Source: a bacterium
GTDB lineage: Bacteria; UBA8248; JACPRG01; G963555815
Length of the DNA: 64,000 bases
Assembly: GCA_965261595.1 (NCBI GenBank)
Contig: CBDHDG010000006.1
Span: 1,056,001 to 1,120,000 of the forward strand
Direction: 5' to 3'
The notes beneath the pieces are model-generated. The model was not told where the DNA came from. It saw nothing but the letters and a program-made list of their open reading frames with translations, and did not search any database. Position numbers and translations under genes: made by a program. Shown piece by piece: positions 53,777 through 64,000 of this stretch; positions within the stretch are counted from its first letter, which is position 1, and each line of letters opens with the position of its first letter.

Positions 53777-54517
53777 GTGATGACCCTTAAAAGAGAGCAG
53801 AAGAACTCGGTAATTACGTTAATAAATGAAGCTGGCCTGATTCTCTCCGATTTCAAATGGGAGGATATGGGATTTGCGAAAGACCGGATTGTCTACAAAG
53901 AGGCAGAATTTTATTTCAACATAGCGTTGACTCACCAGCACGATTTCACCGTCAGCTTTACTCCCGGCGGTGAGAGAATGCTGGTTAATGAAGGTCCCCT
54001 TTCTTCATGGTTTCCACCAACCCTCGAGACGATCGATGTACCTCCGTCGGTTTTATCCTGGTGCCGCATTTGGGTCGAGAATCTAAAGAAAGAGCTTGAA
54101 ACCCCAGACCTCTGGGCAGCCATAGAAATTTCATCAGCGTATGATCAATCCAGAAGGCGCTTTTGGGAAAGCCCTGACGTTCTACCAAATGATCCTTTGA
54201 CGGACTCTGAAAAACGCAATATCGAAGAGAATCTTGCCACATTTCAAGAACAGATTGACCGGGTTCTCGAATTAAATGATGAGCAAAAAAAGTTTCTTAC
54301 CGCTCAAATTGAGTATTTTAGGTCAGCTTCAGAGCGGCTTGGGAAACGTGATTTGAAGATGATTTTGACTGGGGGTTTGATTCAACTCGTTGTTGGCCTG
54401 GCCCTTAACCCGGAACTCGCAAGAACATTCTTCAACATGGCGGCGTTGTTTTTTCAAGGATTGTTCGCCGGACCCAGCCCTGCGCCCGATCTACTTCCCC
54501 CGTCAACGCCCGTCTAG
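53777..54517 (+). CDS. Hypothetical protein, AT-rich
   Basis: 246-aa ORF with lower GC and a C-terminal hydrophobic stretch. Confidence 0.65.
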   Translation: MMTLKREQKNSVITLINEAGLILSDFKWEDMGFAKDRIVYKEAEFYFNIALTHQHDFTVSFTPGGERMLVNEGPLSSWFPPTLETIDVPPSVLSWCRIWVENLKKELETPDLWAAIEISSAYDQSRRRFWESPDVLPNDPLTDSEKRNIEENLATFQEQIDRVLELNDEQKKFLTAQIEYFRSASERLGKRDLKMILTGGLIQLVVGLALNPELARTFFNMAALFFQGLFAGPSPAPDLLPPSTPV

Positions 54518-54585
54518 CGACACATTAACAAGGGAAGAAGGGAGCAGTGTTCAAACCCGGGGGGAATTAAGGGGGGGAATTAAGG

Positions 54586-54688
54586 GGACACCATACTTAT
54601 TTCTGGAATTATGTATGGTGTCCTCAAACCCACCCGGATGTTATCGGCGGGTGAGTCCGCCCCCCGGTAGGGCGGGCATCCTGCCCGC
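54586..54688. repeat. Palindromic repeat cluster
   Basis: GGACACCATAC / GTATGGTGTCC IR (54586-54623) and a GTAG REP GTAGGGCGGGCATCCTGCCCGC (54667-54688). Confidence 0.6.
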
Positions 54689-55073
54689 ATCGCATGACTT
54701 TCCATTCGTGCAACCTGATCCTGTGGTCGTGTGGCTCCGAACGCGTTTGGCCTCAAATCCGCCAATCACAACGGAAAACGATCAACTAACCCGCATTTCT
54801 CACAACGGGTGCAGTAGACGATTTTCGAATGGCAGAATGCGCCTGGTATTTCCCGTTTTCCGGGAGCGTCGATCTCCGCTCGGAACCGTTGGGCGATTCG
54901 TATGCTCATCCATCGTGATGACGATTGTTGCAGGGGAGGGCCGAGGGGTCGGATGACCCCGCGCCCTCCCGCCTCTTACGAAAGGAGGATAACTAATTGG
55001 TTCATTGATCCTCCCAGCGATGGCGCATCGAGCCCGCGCGGGAGCCCGCAAGAGCCTGCCCTGAGAAGGGGGC

Positions 55074-56478
55074 TGGACCGCCCCTGGGTTATTGGACACT
55101 CGGGTGAGGGTATTCGACCTCATGCGGCCTCCGCAACTTGAGCGAGTTTTTCCTGCCTTGCCTGGGCCGGCGTTCGGTAGCCGTAGCCCTCGAGAATCCA
55201 ATGATGGTTGTACAGGTTCTTGAACTCAAGCAGCGCCCACCGCAGTTCCTCTACGGTGACGAAAGAGCGCACCCACAGGAGATTCTCCTTCAAGATGCGG
55301 ATGAACCACTCACAGTAGCCATTTCCCTCGGGCGCCCGCACGAAGCTGGGCGAACTGGTCATGCCCAGGTAGGCGATCTCCCGCTGAAAGTCATCGGACA
55401 GATAGGCGGGGCCGTGGTCGTGACGAACTTTAAGCCCCTCGGCGACGTCCGCCTCCAAGCCGGCGAAGCGCTCGGCGACCCCCTGCCGGATCGGCTCCAG
55501 GGCCTCGAAGCGGTTGCCGCTCTTGGCCGCATGGATCCCCACGCAGTCCACCGAGCAGTGATCCACCGCCACGAACACCGAGGCCATCCCCTCCTCGGTG
55601 GTCACCGTCGTCGTCATGTGCGTGCCCCACATTCGGTCGGGCCGCTCGGTGCGGATGGTCCCGTTGTGGGCCTTGGGACCTCGGGGTTTGCCCACCCGGT
55701 GAGGGGCCTGAAGCCCCGCCTCCCGCATCAGGCGACGCACCCGCTCCTTGCTGGTGCGGATGCCCGCGAAGCGCAGCCTCGCCCACACCTTGCGGTAGCC
55801 CTCGCCATGGAAGGGAGAGTCCTCCAGGACCTGCCGGATGTGGCCGAGGAGTTCCGCATCGGTGCACGGGCCCACAGGGCCGCGCTTATTGGGCGTGGGG
55901 CGTTCATGAACGGGGACCGCCTCTCGCCGCCGTTGCGCGTAGACCGTGGAGCGCGCCAAGCCCCAAAGGGCGCACACCCGCTTCAGGCCGTAGGCTCTGC
56001 CCGTGGAGGTGAAGCGGGCCTGACTCATCGCCTCCACCTCCTGCCGGCTAAAGGGCGGCCGGCCTCCAGGCGGTCGATCTTCTCCCGCAGGACCTCGCCC
56101 TCCATCGTGAGTTCGCCCACCTTGGCCTTGAGCCGGGCGTTCTCCTCGGCCCGCTCATCCGCCGGGCGGGCTTTGAGCGCCGCCTCGCCCCCGCGAAGGA
56201 ACGCCTCGCGCCAGGCGGAAAGCCGAGCCGCTGTCGTGCCCAACTCGCGGCAGAGCGTCTCCAGGCTCTCGCCCCGCAAAAGACGCAGGACCGCCTCCCG
56301 CTTGCGCCTGGCAGGAGAACCGACCCCGCTCACTGCGATGCCCTGGGGCCTTGGCTCCGTTCGCCCTGCGGGCGCCCTCCGCCAAAGCCCCCTCTTGCTT
56401 TTGTTCGTTCATCGCGACACCCCTTTCTCCATGAATCATGGATCAATCGAGTGTCCAACAAAACCCTAGAGCGGGGGA
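55074..56478 (-). mobile_element. IS3-family element type A, third copy (orfA frameshifted)
   Basis: Same ends as 15901-17304; 4-bp target duplication GGGC (55070-55073 / 56479-56482); extra C near 56308. Confidence 0.92.
55120..56037 (-). CDS. IS3-family transposase OrfB (WGTH in place of WGTD)
   Basis: Near-identical to the other copies, but the first DDE Asp reads His. Confidence 0.88.
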   Translation of the reverse strand: MEAMSQARFTSTGRAYGLKRVCALWGLARSTVYAQRRREAVPVHERPTPNKRGPVGPCTDAELLGHIRQVLEDSPFHGEGYRKVWARLRFAGIRTSKERVRRLMREAGLQAPHRVGKPRGPKAHNGTIRTERPDRMWGTHMTTTVTTEEGMASVFVAVDHCSVDCVGIHAAKSGNRFEALEPIRQGVAERFAGLEADVAEGLKVRHDHGPAYLSDDFQREIAYLGMTSSPSFVRAPEGNGYCEWFIRILKENLLWVRSFVTVEELRWALLEFKNLYNHHWILEGYGYRTPAQARQEKLAQVAEAA

Positions 56479-56686
56479 GGGCTCCCCTACAACTCCACTT
56501 CAATAAGCCACCGGGAATCGATGCGACAAGCACACGGAAGGAGTTTTTCCACAATCTGATAAGACGGCCAAAGCCCCTCGATCGAGCGGGGGGTTTTGCA
56601 AAGAGAACCTGATTCTGTGGTTAAATGGCGTGCCATCATAAATCTGGACTTACCCCGGTTTCGTGGAGAGTTAAGCACTTGGGTTT

Positions 56687-57535
56687 TCAGGGTGTGCGTT
56701 GTTGTCTCCTTTCGTAGTTAACGGGTGACAGGTTGTCGATGGAGGAGTGCCGACGATGCGGGTTGTAGAAGCCCTCGATGAACCCGAACACCTCCATGCG
56801 CGCCTCGGCCCGGGTGCGGAAACTGTGGCGAGCGAGGAGCTCGCACTCCAGCGTGGCGAAAAAGCTCTCACACAGCGCGTTGTCGTAGCAGTCCCCGACC
56901 GAACCCATGGAGGGACGCCCGCCCGCCTGCCGGCAGCGCTGCCCAAAGGCGACCGAGGTGTACTGCGTGCCCTGGTCGGAGTGGTGGATGACGGCCCGGG
57001 GACGGCGCTTGTACAGCGCCATGTCGAGCGCGTCGAGCACCAACTCGGCCCGCAGGTGTGTGGCCATCGACCACCCCACGATGCGCCGGCTGAACGCATC
57101 GAGCGCCACGGCCAGATACAAAAACCCCGCCCATGTCGGAACGTAGGTGATGTCGGCCACCCACAGCCGGTCGGGGGCCTCGGCCGTGAAGTTGCGGTCC
57201 ACCAGATCAGGGGCCGGCCGCGCCTCCTGCCAGCGCTGCGTCGTGCGCGCTCCCTTGCGCCGACTGACGCCCGCAAGTCCCGCCCCACGCATCAGCCTGG
57301 CGACGCGCTTGCGGCCCACACGCACTCCCTCAGCCTCCAACTCGGCATGGACGCGCGGCACGCCGTAAGTCCCCCGAGAACGCTCGTGGATCGCCTGAAT
57401 GCGTTTGGTGAGCGCCCGATCGGCACACGAGCGGGCACACGGCGCGCGCCTGCGCCACGCGTAGTAGCCGCTGGAGGAGACGCCCAGCACCCGGCACATG
57501 GTGGCGGTCCGATACATGGCCTGGTTCGCCCTCAC
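56687..57535 (-). CDS. IS3-family transposase OrfB
   Basis: Near-identical to 17463-18311. Confidence 0.9.
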   Translation of the reverse strand: MRANQAMYRTATMCRVLGVSSSGYYAWRRRAPCARSCADRALTKRIQAIHERSRGTYGVPRVHAELEAEGVRVGRKRVARLMRGAGLAGVSRRKGARTTQRWQEARPAPDLVDRNFTAEAPDRLWVADITYVPTWAGFLYLAVALDAFSRRIVGWSMATHLRAELVLDALDMALYKRRPRAVIHHSDQGTQYTSVAFGQRCRQAGGRPSMGSVGDCYDNALCESFFATLECELLARHSFRTRAEARMEVFGFIEGFYNPHRRHSSIDNLSPVNYERRQQRTP

Positions 57536-57846
57536 GAACCCGTAGATCCGGACGGGATCGAATCGGTTTCCCGAGCAAACCAGGCCGCGGCTTTTGCTAA
57601 GATCTCCCGCTCCTGGCGGAGCTGTCGGTTCTCGCGGCGAAGTCGGCGCAACTCCTCCCGCTCATCGCTCGTGAGCCCGTCTTTGCGACGCCCCTCGTCA
57701 ACGTCGGCTTGATGGGCCCAGGTGCGGATCGTCTGCGCCGAGGGCTCGAACTCGTGCGCCAGCGCCTCGGGCGTGCGTCCCGCCCGGACCAACTCTACCA
57801 TCTGGCAGCGGAACTCCATTGGATAGCGTGGGTGAGTCTGTGGCAT
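57532..57846 (-). CDS. IS3-family transposase OrfA
   Basis: [33 protein letters not shown] with an AAAAG slippery site. Confidence 0.88.
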   Translation of the reverse strand: MPQTHPRYPMEFRCQMVELVRAGRTPEALAHEFEPSAQTIRTWAHQADVDEGRRKDGLTSDEREELRRLRRENRQLRQEREILAKAAAWFARETDSIPSGSTGS

Positions 57847-58026
57847 CGTGAACACCTCCTTTACCCCCAAATCATCAGGTGTCCACCAAACCGGGTCAAC
57901 TCCAGTGAGGCAGAACGGGTCATGTGGGAGATCCCGGATTCTCTGATCGGACACTCAACGGGTGGAAAACGAATGAATGGCGCGTTTGTGAAACGCCCGA
58001 ATCCTTCTGAGGGGCGATGGGGGGGA

Positions 58027-59392
58027 ATGAAACAAAAAAGTCGTGGCGTGCCGGTAATTGTGGGGTTGATTCTGCTTCTCCTGGGCAGTCTGGTTCAAGG
58101 GTGCGGAGGGCCTAGGCTCATTCAAACCCCGCGGGTTTTTCAGCTTCGCCGCCATCAAGGGCCGCCCATCCCCTTGAAGGCGTATCTGAGTCTCAAAATG
58201 AGGAATGTTGATGAGGACAACCCTTTCCTGGGTCCAAGCTCCTTCGCTCCGCCTGAGGGGGTCCAACTTGGGATCGATATCATTCACCAAAATATTTCCG
58301 ATGCGGGGCTCTTCCAATCTGTCCACAAAGTGAATGGACCTCCTCCTGGCGGAGGAGAAAGTATTCTGCTGACCGGCTTTATTGATATGGTGATTAGAGA
58401 CATTTCGGGAACCTCGGCCTTTGTCACCACCGTGCGTCTGAGCGGTTTTCATATGAGACCCGGTCGTTCAAAGGAGCTCTTGTTTTCCGACGTGCCCTAC
58501 CAAGTCCGTGGCGTAGCGAAAAACAACCCGCTGGGGATACGAGATGTTGTCATGCTGACCTGGCGGAAAGGCGGCGAGGCAATGGGGCCGAGGATCGCGA
58601 ACGATTTGCCGAAACGATTGGAGATGACCCCTGCCGGAAGACGGGTCTTGGCGCTTGCGTCGCCGGTTCCCTCCGCCCGGCGGACCCCTGTCCCTCCGCC
58701 CGCGGCCTCTGCCCGACGCGCGCCCGCGTCCCCCCCCCCCCGCCCCCCCCCGCCCGGCGCGGCGAATGGCGGTCGTCGGGTTCCGGGTTCCTTCTTCGGG
58801 GGACCTCGCACATCCTGACGAGCGATCACGTGGTCCAGGGGGCGAAGCGGATCCGGGTATCCTTTCCTTCGGGCGAGAGCTATCCGGGACGGGTGGTGGC
58901 CAGTGACGCGAACAACAACCTGGCGCTCGTATTGTTGCAGGGGATGCGTCCGAGAAGCGGCGGTTTTTCACCCAATTTCGGAGCGCAGGTGCAACCGGGG
59001 GAGCGCGTTCACGCCCTGGGGTATCCGCTCGGGACGAGGCTGAGCCGCCGGCCGAGCATTGTATCGGGCGCGGTGAGCGCGGCGACGGGCCTGGGGGACA
59101 ACATCGCCCAGTTTCGGATGACGGCCCCGATCAATGAGGGGGCAACAGCGGCGGGCCGGTGGTGACCGATCAGGGCGTCTTGGTGGGCGTCGCGTCGGCG
59201 GGGCTGGTGCAGTCGGGGGTGGAGAACGTCCGGTTCGGGACGAAGATCTCGGCCGCGATGCTGTTGCTCCAGCAAGCCCGGTTGGCGCGAAGGTTTTCCG
59301 TTTCCGTTGTCCCGGAAAGCCGAAAAGCAATGAAGGCGGTGGAGATCTTCCGAAAATTCTCGTCCTATGTTGTCCTCATCGAGGTGCGGTAG
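58027..59392 (+). pseudogene. Lipoprotein with a C-terminal trypsin-like serine protease domain; two frameshifts
   Basis: Lipobox LVQGC and a Pro-rich linker. GSGF..HILTSDHVV, ALGYP and GNSGGP are recovered across frameshifts in the C run (about 58731-58751) and the G run (about 59138-59142). Confidence 0.75.
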
Positions 59393-59904
59393 GGCGACGA
59401 AGTGGATGAATCGGGAGGTCCGGGAGTCGGCAAATTCGACCGGGGCGGGAAGGAGCGCATTCTCGTAATCCCGTTCCGAAGGCTCTTGTCTTGCCCGGTT
59501 TCTTGATTCTTACCTCCCCCTTTTCGCAGACTGGATTTCTCACCACAATTTCGATGAGGCCGCACCAACCGCTCACGGCACACACGCCAACCAACGGAAG
59601 GCCGGTACAGGGGTCAACGACTCGCGCCACACCGCGATTGAATGTGGCGCTTCGTGTATCACGGGCTGTCCAGGCCAGGTGATCCTCGTCTCCTCCGGCA
59701 AGGTGCCTCCCCAAAACGTGTTGACCCGCTGAAAGAAGGATTGCCTCTTCATTTTGTGAGAAATGCGGGCTAGACTCGAATGGACCCTCGGGTCGGTTGA
59801 CTCTTGGGTCGGGTGACCCATGGCGCGATGTTCTTTTAGCCGGGCGGGACGCCCGGCCTAACCCATCAGAAAAAATAACCGGTCCACCCTTTGGAGGAGA
59901 CAAG

Positions 59905-60954
59905 ATGTCCGAACAACCCGTCGGCGTGGGCGTTGTGGGAATCGGATGGTGGTCGACCCCGACCGCCGTCGCTGTCAAGAACAACCCCAAATACCGCCTC
60001 GTCACCTGCTTCACGCGGACGCCCGAGAAGCGGAAGAAGTTCGCCGAGACCTACGGTTGCGGGGAATCGGAGAGCTATGAAGAAATCCTCGGGAACCCCG
60101 ACGTCGAGGCCGTCATCCTGACGACGCCCAATTCCGTCCACGGCGAACAGATCCTCCAGGCCATCGGGGCCGGAAAGCACATTTTCGTCGAGAAACCGAT
60201 CACCAACACCCTCTCCGAGGCCAAGGAGGTGGTCGAGGCGCACAAAGGCTCGGGCCTGACCCTCATGACCGGCCACTGCTACCGCCGAAATGCCGGCCAC
60301 CGGGCCGCCCGGCGGCTGATCGACGAGGGACGGCTCGGCAAGCTCATCATGGCGGAATGCAACTTCAGCGTCGGCGTCGGGCAATCGCTCACGCCGGACA
60401 AGTGGCGGTGGTTCGACGCCGAGTGCCCCGGCGGGCCGCTCACGCAGATCGGGATCCATCACGCCGATACGATGGCCTACCTCTTCGGCCCCATCCGCGG
60501 CGTGACCAGCCGGGTCAGCAAGCTCGACACGCCGGCCGAGATCGACGATGTCCACATGTCCCTGATCGAGTTCGAGTCGGGCGCTTTGGGATACATGGGG
60601 TGCAGCTTCGCCACGCCCCTGGTGTACACCTTCAACGCGTTCGGCAATCAGGCGAACCTCTACATGACCACCGACCGGACGGACCCCGCGGCGACGGATG
60701 AGATGGACCGGACGACCGAGATCTATCTTCAGGAGAAAGGCAGCGCGGATCGGAACCCCGTGGACCTCGCGCCCGGGGACATGACGCGTGAGCAGATGGA
60801 CGAGTTCGCCGACTGCGTCCGGTCCGGCAAGGCGCCGGAGACCGGCGTGGGCGAGGGCGTTCTGGCCGCGGCCTTCGTCCACGCGGCCATCCGCTCGGCC
60901 AAGGAAGGGCGGCCGGTGGAGATCGCCGAGATGCTGGAAGGGATTTCACTCTGA
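59905..60954 (+). CDS. Gfo/Idh/MocA family oxidoreductase
   Basis: VVGIGWW, TPN..H, GKHIFVEKP and GIH..D motifs; GGAGGAG RBS. Confidence 0.9.
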   Translation: MSEQPVGVGVVGIGWWSTPTAVAVKNNPKYRLVTCFTRTPEKRKKFAETYGCGESESYEEILGNPDVEAVILTTPNSVHGEQILQAIGAGKHIFVEKPITNTLSEAKEVVEAHKGSGLTLMTGHCYRRNAGHRAARRLIDEGRLGKLIMAECNFSVGVGQSLTPDKWRWFDAECPGGPLTQIGIHHADTMAYLFGPIRGVTSRVSKLDTPAEIDDVHMSLIEFESGALGYMGCSFATPLVYTFNAFGNQANLYMTTDRTDPAATDEMDRTTEIYLQEKGSADRNPVDLAPGDMTREQMDEFADCVRSGKAPETGVGEGVLAAAFVHAAIRSAKEGRPVEIAEMLEGISL

Positions 60955-61148
60955 GTGCGTTTCCCGCCAACCGTTGGACGCATAAGGTGGCGCGGGGTCA
61001 TGTCCATAACGGGTCAACCAGTCCGCGCTCCATCGTTATTGAATCTGCATTTCCGTGAATCAGGGTGTGTTCAGGGCGGACCCATCGCCTCAGCCCCTTC
61101 AACCATGAGCGCCCGGATAGGGGCGAAATTCGCAGGGAGACTCGCCTG

Positions 61149-62033
61149 ATGATCAAAAACGTCGCATTCATCGGTCTCGGAAACATGGGCGCTCCGCTTT
61201 CCCGCCACCTCCTCAACGCGGGCTTCAACGTGAGCGGGTACGACGTGGTGAAGGAGAAGATGAGCGCCCTCGAGGCCGACGGGCTTCGCGCCGCCTCCTC
61301 CCCGGCCGACGCCGCCCGGGACGCCGACGCGATCCTGACGATGCTCATGCGCCCGGAGATCATACGGGACGTCCTTTACGGAGAACAGGGCGTCGTCCAC
61401 GGGGCGAAGCCCGGGGCCGTCGTGGTGGACATGAGCACGATGTCGCCCGCGTTCCAGCGGGAGCGGTTCGCCGAGCTGGAGAAGCGGGGCTTCCGGCCCT
61501 TCGAGGCGCCCGTGAGCGGGTCGGTCCCGCACGCGGAAGTGCGCGAGCTCACGATCATGGCCGGCGGGGACGAGGCGGTCTTCGACGAGCTGAAGCCCGT
61601 TTTCGAGGCGTTCGGAAAAAACATCTGCTACATGGGAGAGGCCGGGAAGGGGACGCTGATGAAGCTCCTCACCAACTTGATCCTGGCCGTCAACCTGGCG
61701 GGCCTTCTGGAGGGGCTGATCCTGGGGGAGAAGGGCGGACTGAAGGTGGAGCGGATGCTGGACATCCTGGTCATGGGCGCTGCGTTCTCCCGGGTGATGG
61801 ATTTCAAGAACGCGCTCCTGAAAACGCGCGATTACGAGGGCCTTCTTCAAGGCTCCACGGAGCTGATCAGCAAGGATGTCCGGTGCGCCCTCGAGGCCGG
61901 ATCCGAGCTGGGCGCTCCGCTCCCGCACGCGGCGCTCATTCTACAGGATTTCATCAGCTCCAGCGTTCAAGGCAACGCGCACAAAGACTACGCCTCCCTC
62001 CTGAACATCCTGGAATCCCGGGCGGGGTTGTAG
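61149..62033 (+). CDS. 3-hydroxyisobutyrate dehydrogenase-family NAD(P)-dependent oxidoreductase
   Basis: FIGLGNMG, DMST, EAPVSG, MAGG and MKL..N motifs. Confidence 0.9.
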   Translation: MIKNVAFIGLGNMGAPLSRHLLNAGFNVSGYDVVKEKMSALEADGLRAASSPADAARDADAILTMLMRPEIIRDVLYGEQGVVHGAKPGAVVVDMSTMSPAFQRERFAELEKRGFRPFEAPVSGSVPHAEVRELTIMAGGDEAVFDELKPVFEAFGKNICYMGEAGKGTLMKLLTNLILAVNLAGLLEGLILGEKGGLKVERMLDILVMGAAFSRVMDFKNALLKTRDYEGLLQGSTELISKDVRCALEAGSELGAPLPHAALILQDFISSSVQGNAHKDYASLLNILESRAGL

Positions 62034-62040
62034 GAAGTTC

Positions 62041-62412
62041 CTGGGGGAACATTTTGAAAACTGTTCCCCCAGACCCCTCCCAGGGGTTGGGAACCCCCTT
62101 CGAAAACTTTCATTTCGCGAAAGAGGGCGGCGCCTTTGGCGCCGCCCTCTTTCGCAAGAAGCAAATTTTCAAGCGGCACCGAGTGTCCGCCTTCGGAAGG
62201 CGGCCAAGATGGCCGCCCTACCGGCACGTTGGCCGGATGCTGCGGCCGCCAGGGGCGGACAGGCATCCGGATAATGCTAAACGCCATCGACGGGCCACAG
62301 CCAAACCGTCCAGCCTACCCGACACCCAACCCCAGTAAGGCCCGGCTTTGCCGGGCCGCAGAAAGTTTTCGAGAGGGGTCCAGGGGGGACAGTTTTCAAA
62401 ATGTCCCCCCTG
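62041..62412. repeat. Cluster of palindromes between convergent genes
   Basis: Two inverted copies of the GGGGGRACATTTTGAAAACTGTYCCCCC repeat, a hairpin GCGAAAGAGGGCGGCGCC / GGCGCCGCCCTCTTTCGC, and a GTAG REP at 62199-62221. Confidence 0.7.
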
Positions 62413-62421
62413 GGACTTTTA

Positions 62422-63015
62422 TCACCTAGCGTGGTGGTCGATACCTTTGTACGCCTCGATGAACCTCACGATTCGTTTCTCGTCGAATTTATTCAGGCGG
62501 TCGATTCGCGTCCAGGCCGTCAGGGCGATGAGGGGCTTCATCTTCGGGTAGGGCGCGGCGATGACCTGCGTGGGATAGCGGTCCACGAGATCCTCGATCT
62601 TCCGGATGAGATCGGGGCAATCCCGGCAGCGGTAACTGACGATGACGCCTCCATCCTCCAGGTTATGGGTCTGGAGTCCTTTCAGGATGGGCTTTTTGCG
62701 CACCCCCCAGGGGGCTTTGCCGCGATAGTGGTTGCCCGAGGTGGGGGGATTGGTGTTGTACGGAAAGCGCTCCGCCAGTCCCATCGCGACGTGCCGGTTG
62801 CCCTGGCTGGGATAGGACTCCCCCGGCCGTTCCCGGGTGAACCAAGTGTAGACCCCGTAAGCGGCGGCGGCCACCACCACCGTGACCGCCACGGTGGAAA
62901 GAAATTTCTTCCGCCCGCGGGTCCGCGCTTTTTGTCCGGACTGTTCCCGCCTTGCCTCCCGTGTATCCTCCCGTTCCTCTTGCCGTCTCTCTTTGCGGGA
63001 TTTGTCAGCCATCAC
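62422..63015 (-). CDS. DUF3105 domain membrane-anchored protein
   Basis: YNTNPPTSGNH, HNLEDGGVIVSY.C and IALTAW motifs; one TM segment. Confidence 0.85.
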   Translation of the reverse strand: MMADKSRKERRQEEREDTREARREQSGQKARTRGRKKFLSTVAVTVVVAAAAYGVYTWFTRERPGESYPSQGNRHVAMGLAERFPYNTNPPTSGNHYRGKAPWGVRKKPILKGLQTHNLEDGGVIVSYRCRDCPDLIRKIEDLVDRYPTQVIAAPYPKMKPLIALTAWTRIDRLNKFDEKRIVRFIEAYKGIDHHAR

Positions 63016-63133
63016 ACGCCCTTTGAGGTTGAAGGGATCGTCTTACGATTTGCCCGCTCGAAACACTCGCCGCGCCGTCCGCGCGCCGGGGCTTCTCCTG
63101 TAGAACATTCACCGGCCTGATGTATTTCATGGG

Positions 63134-63685
63134 TCAGGCCGCGGACATCTCTCGCAGCCACGCGTTGACTGTATCCGGGATCTCATCCGGAGAGCGGTAC
63201 TTGACCAGCGTCACCCGTTCCGGGTGTTCAGATTGGAGTTGAATAAAGTTGGTCGGGTTCACGCCCGTTTTCACGCTCCCGGGCCGATAGAACCCCAGGA
63301 TGGGTTTTCCGTCGCGGATGAACCGCATCGAGTTCACGCCCGAGCCGAACCCGGCCTCGTCGTAGCAATAGATGGCGGCCCGGGCTTCCGCCCGAAACAG
63401 GCCGTCGCGTTCCAGGATGAACTCGGCGAGGACTTCACCCTCATCGCGCCCCGCCGCGTGCCGCTCCAGGTAGGGTTTCCAGTCTGGGTCGTAGCCCTCG
63501 ACCGGATCGCAGACCATCCGGGCCAGCGCGGCCGGGTCCATTTTGGGGAACCGGCCGCGGTAGAAGCGGTGGCGTGTGTCGAATCCGAGGCCGGAGTCTT
63601 CCAAGGCCTGGATGACGACGACCTTGAAGTCCCGGGTCGTCTCCGTGGCGTGCATGCCTTTGCCGCTGACGTAGCAGGGGATCAA
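63134..63685 (-). CDS. Hypothetical protein
   Basis: 183-aa ORF with a GGAG RBS; DEAGFGSG.N....KPIL segment loosely reminiscent of the deoxyribosyltransferase-like fold. Confidence 0.55.
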   Translation of the reverse strand: MIPCYVSGKGMHATETTRDFKVVVIQALEDSGLGFDTRHRFYRGRFPKMDPAALARMVCDPVEGYDPDWKPYLERHAAGRDEGEVLAEFILERDGLFRAEARAAIYCYDEAGFGSGVNSMRFIRDGKPILGFYRPGSVKTGVNPTNFIQLQSEHPERVTLVKYRSPDEIPDTVNAWLREMSAA

Positions 63686-64000
63686 TCGAGTTTCTCCCGG
63701 GGTCCGGGCGTCCGCTCACAGGTTGCCCGGCTTTCACGGGCGGCTTGATCGGGATTCGCGCGAATGCCGAACAAAACATTCGGTCTCATTCCGACCCGAA
63801 TCCTCGCCCGGAATCCCACTCGCGGGTCTCACATCTTCCAGTTTGAGACGAGAGCCATTTAACGATGAAGGGGAGATGACATTCAAGTTCCGGCAGCACA
63901 CGAAGAGACTGAAATCCTCTACTGAGAACGGAGGAGCGGGGGAAGGAAGAAGATCGGCGGGTTTCCAGACCTCGCCGGCGCTCCGGGTTGAGCCGCGAAA

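Larger units (their letters stand above)
56645..57904 (-). mobile_element. IS3-family element type B, full-length
   Basis: IRs TGGACTTACCCCGGTTTCGTGGAG / GTCCACCAAACCGGGTCAACTCCA; no target duplication. Confidence 0.92.

Noticed and set aside
58816..58818. TGA read-through in the lipoprotein/protease gene
   Set aside because: The protease continues in a different frame, so this is a frameshift rather than recoding.

Overview
GC-rich bacterial chromosomal window; no rRNA, tRNA or CRISPR array was seen. There are three mobile-element clusters. The first (about 1-4.5 kb) holds an integrase remnant, an IS3 remnant, a degenerate IS66-like element carrying a DUF4338 gene inside its inverted repeats, and an IS256 remnant. 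The second (14.2-18.8 kb) is an IS1-family element invaded by three IS3-family pieces. The third (55-57.9 kb) holds two IS3-family elements. Between them lie catabolic and redox genes (GlcD-like oxidase, atypical SdhA/FrdA-like flavoprotein with a 2Fe-2S partner, isochorismatase, amidohydrolase, LLM oxidoreductase, RidA, NMT1/THI5-type binding protein, nucleoside hydrolase, ribokinase, LutA and a LutB-LutC fusion). The window also has alaS, a large GAF/PAS histidine kinase with its receiver, an ECF sigma/anti-sigma pair, a WYL regulator and an AT-rich AAA-ATPase plus TOPRIM-like gene pair. The most notable signals are an OsmC-like gene whose catalytic Cys position is an in-frame UGA followed by a SECIS-like hairpin (candidate selenoprotein), an orphan NHLP-leader RiPP precursor, the IS66-DUF4338 unit, the defence-like AAA/TOPRIM pair, and a sigma54 promoter in front of a 38-aa membrane peptide. 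Many genes carry single-base frameshifts, some in homopolymer runs, so sequencing error is a live alternative for all 'broken' genes. All family assignments come from motif recognition by eye, not from database searches.
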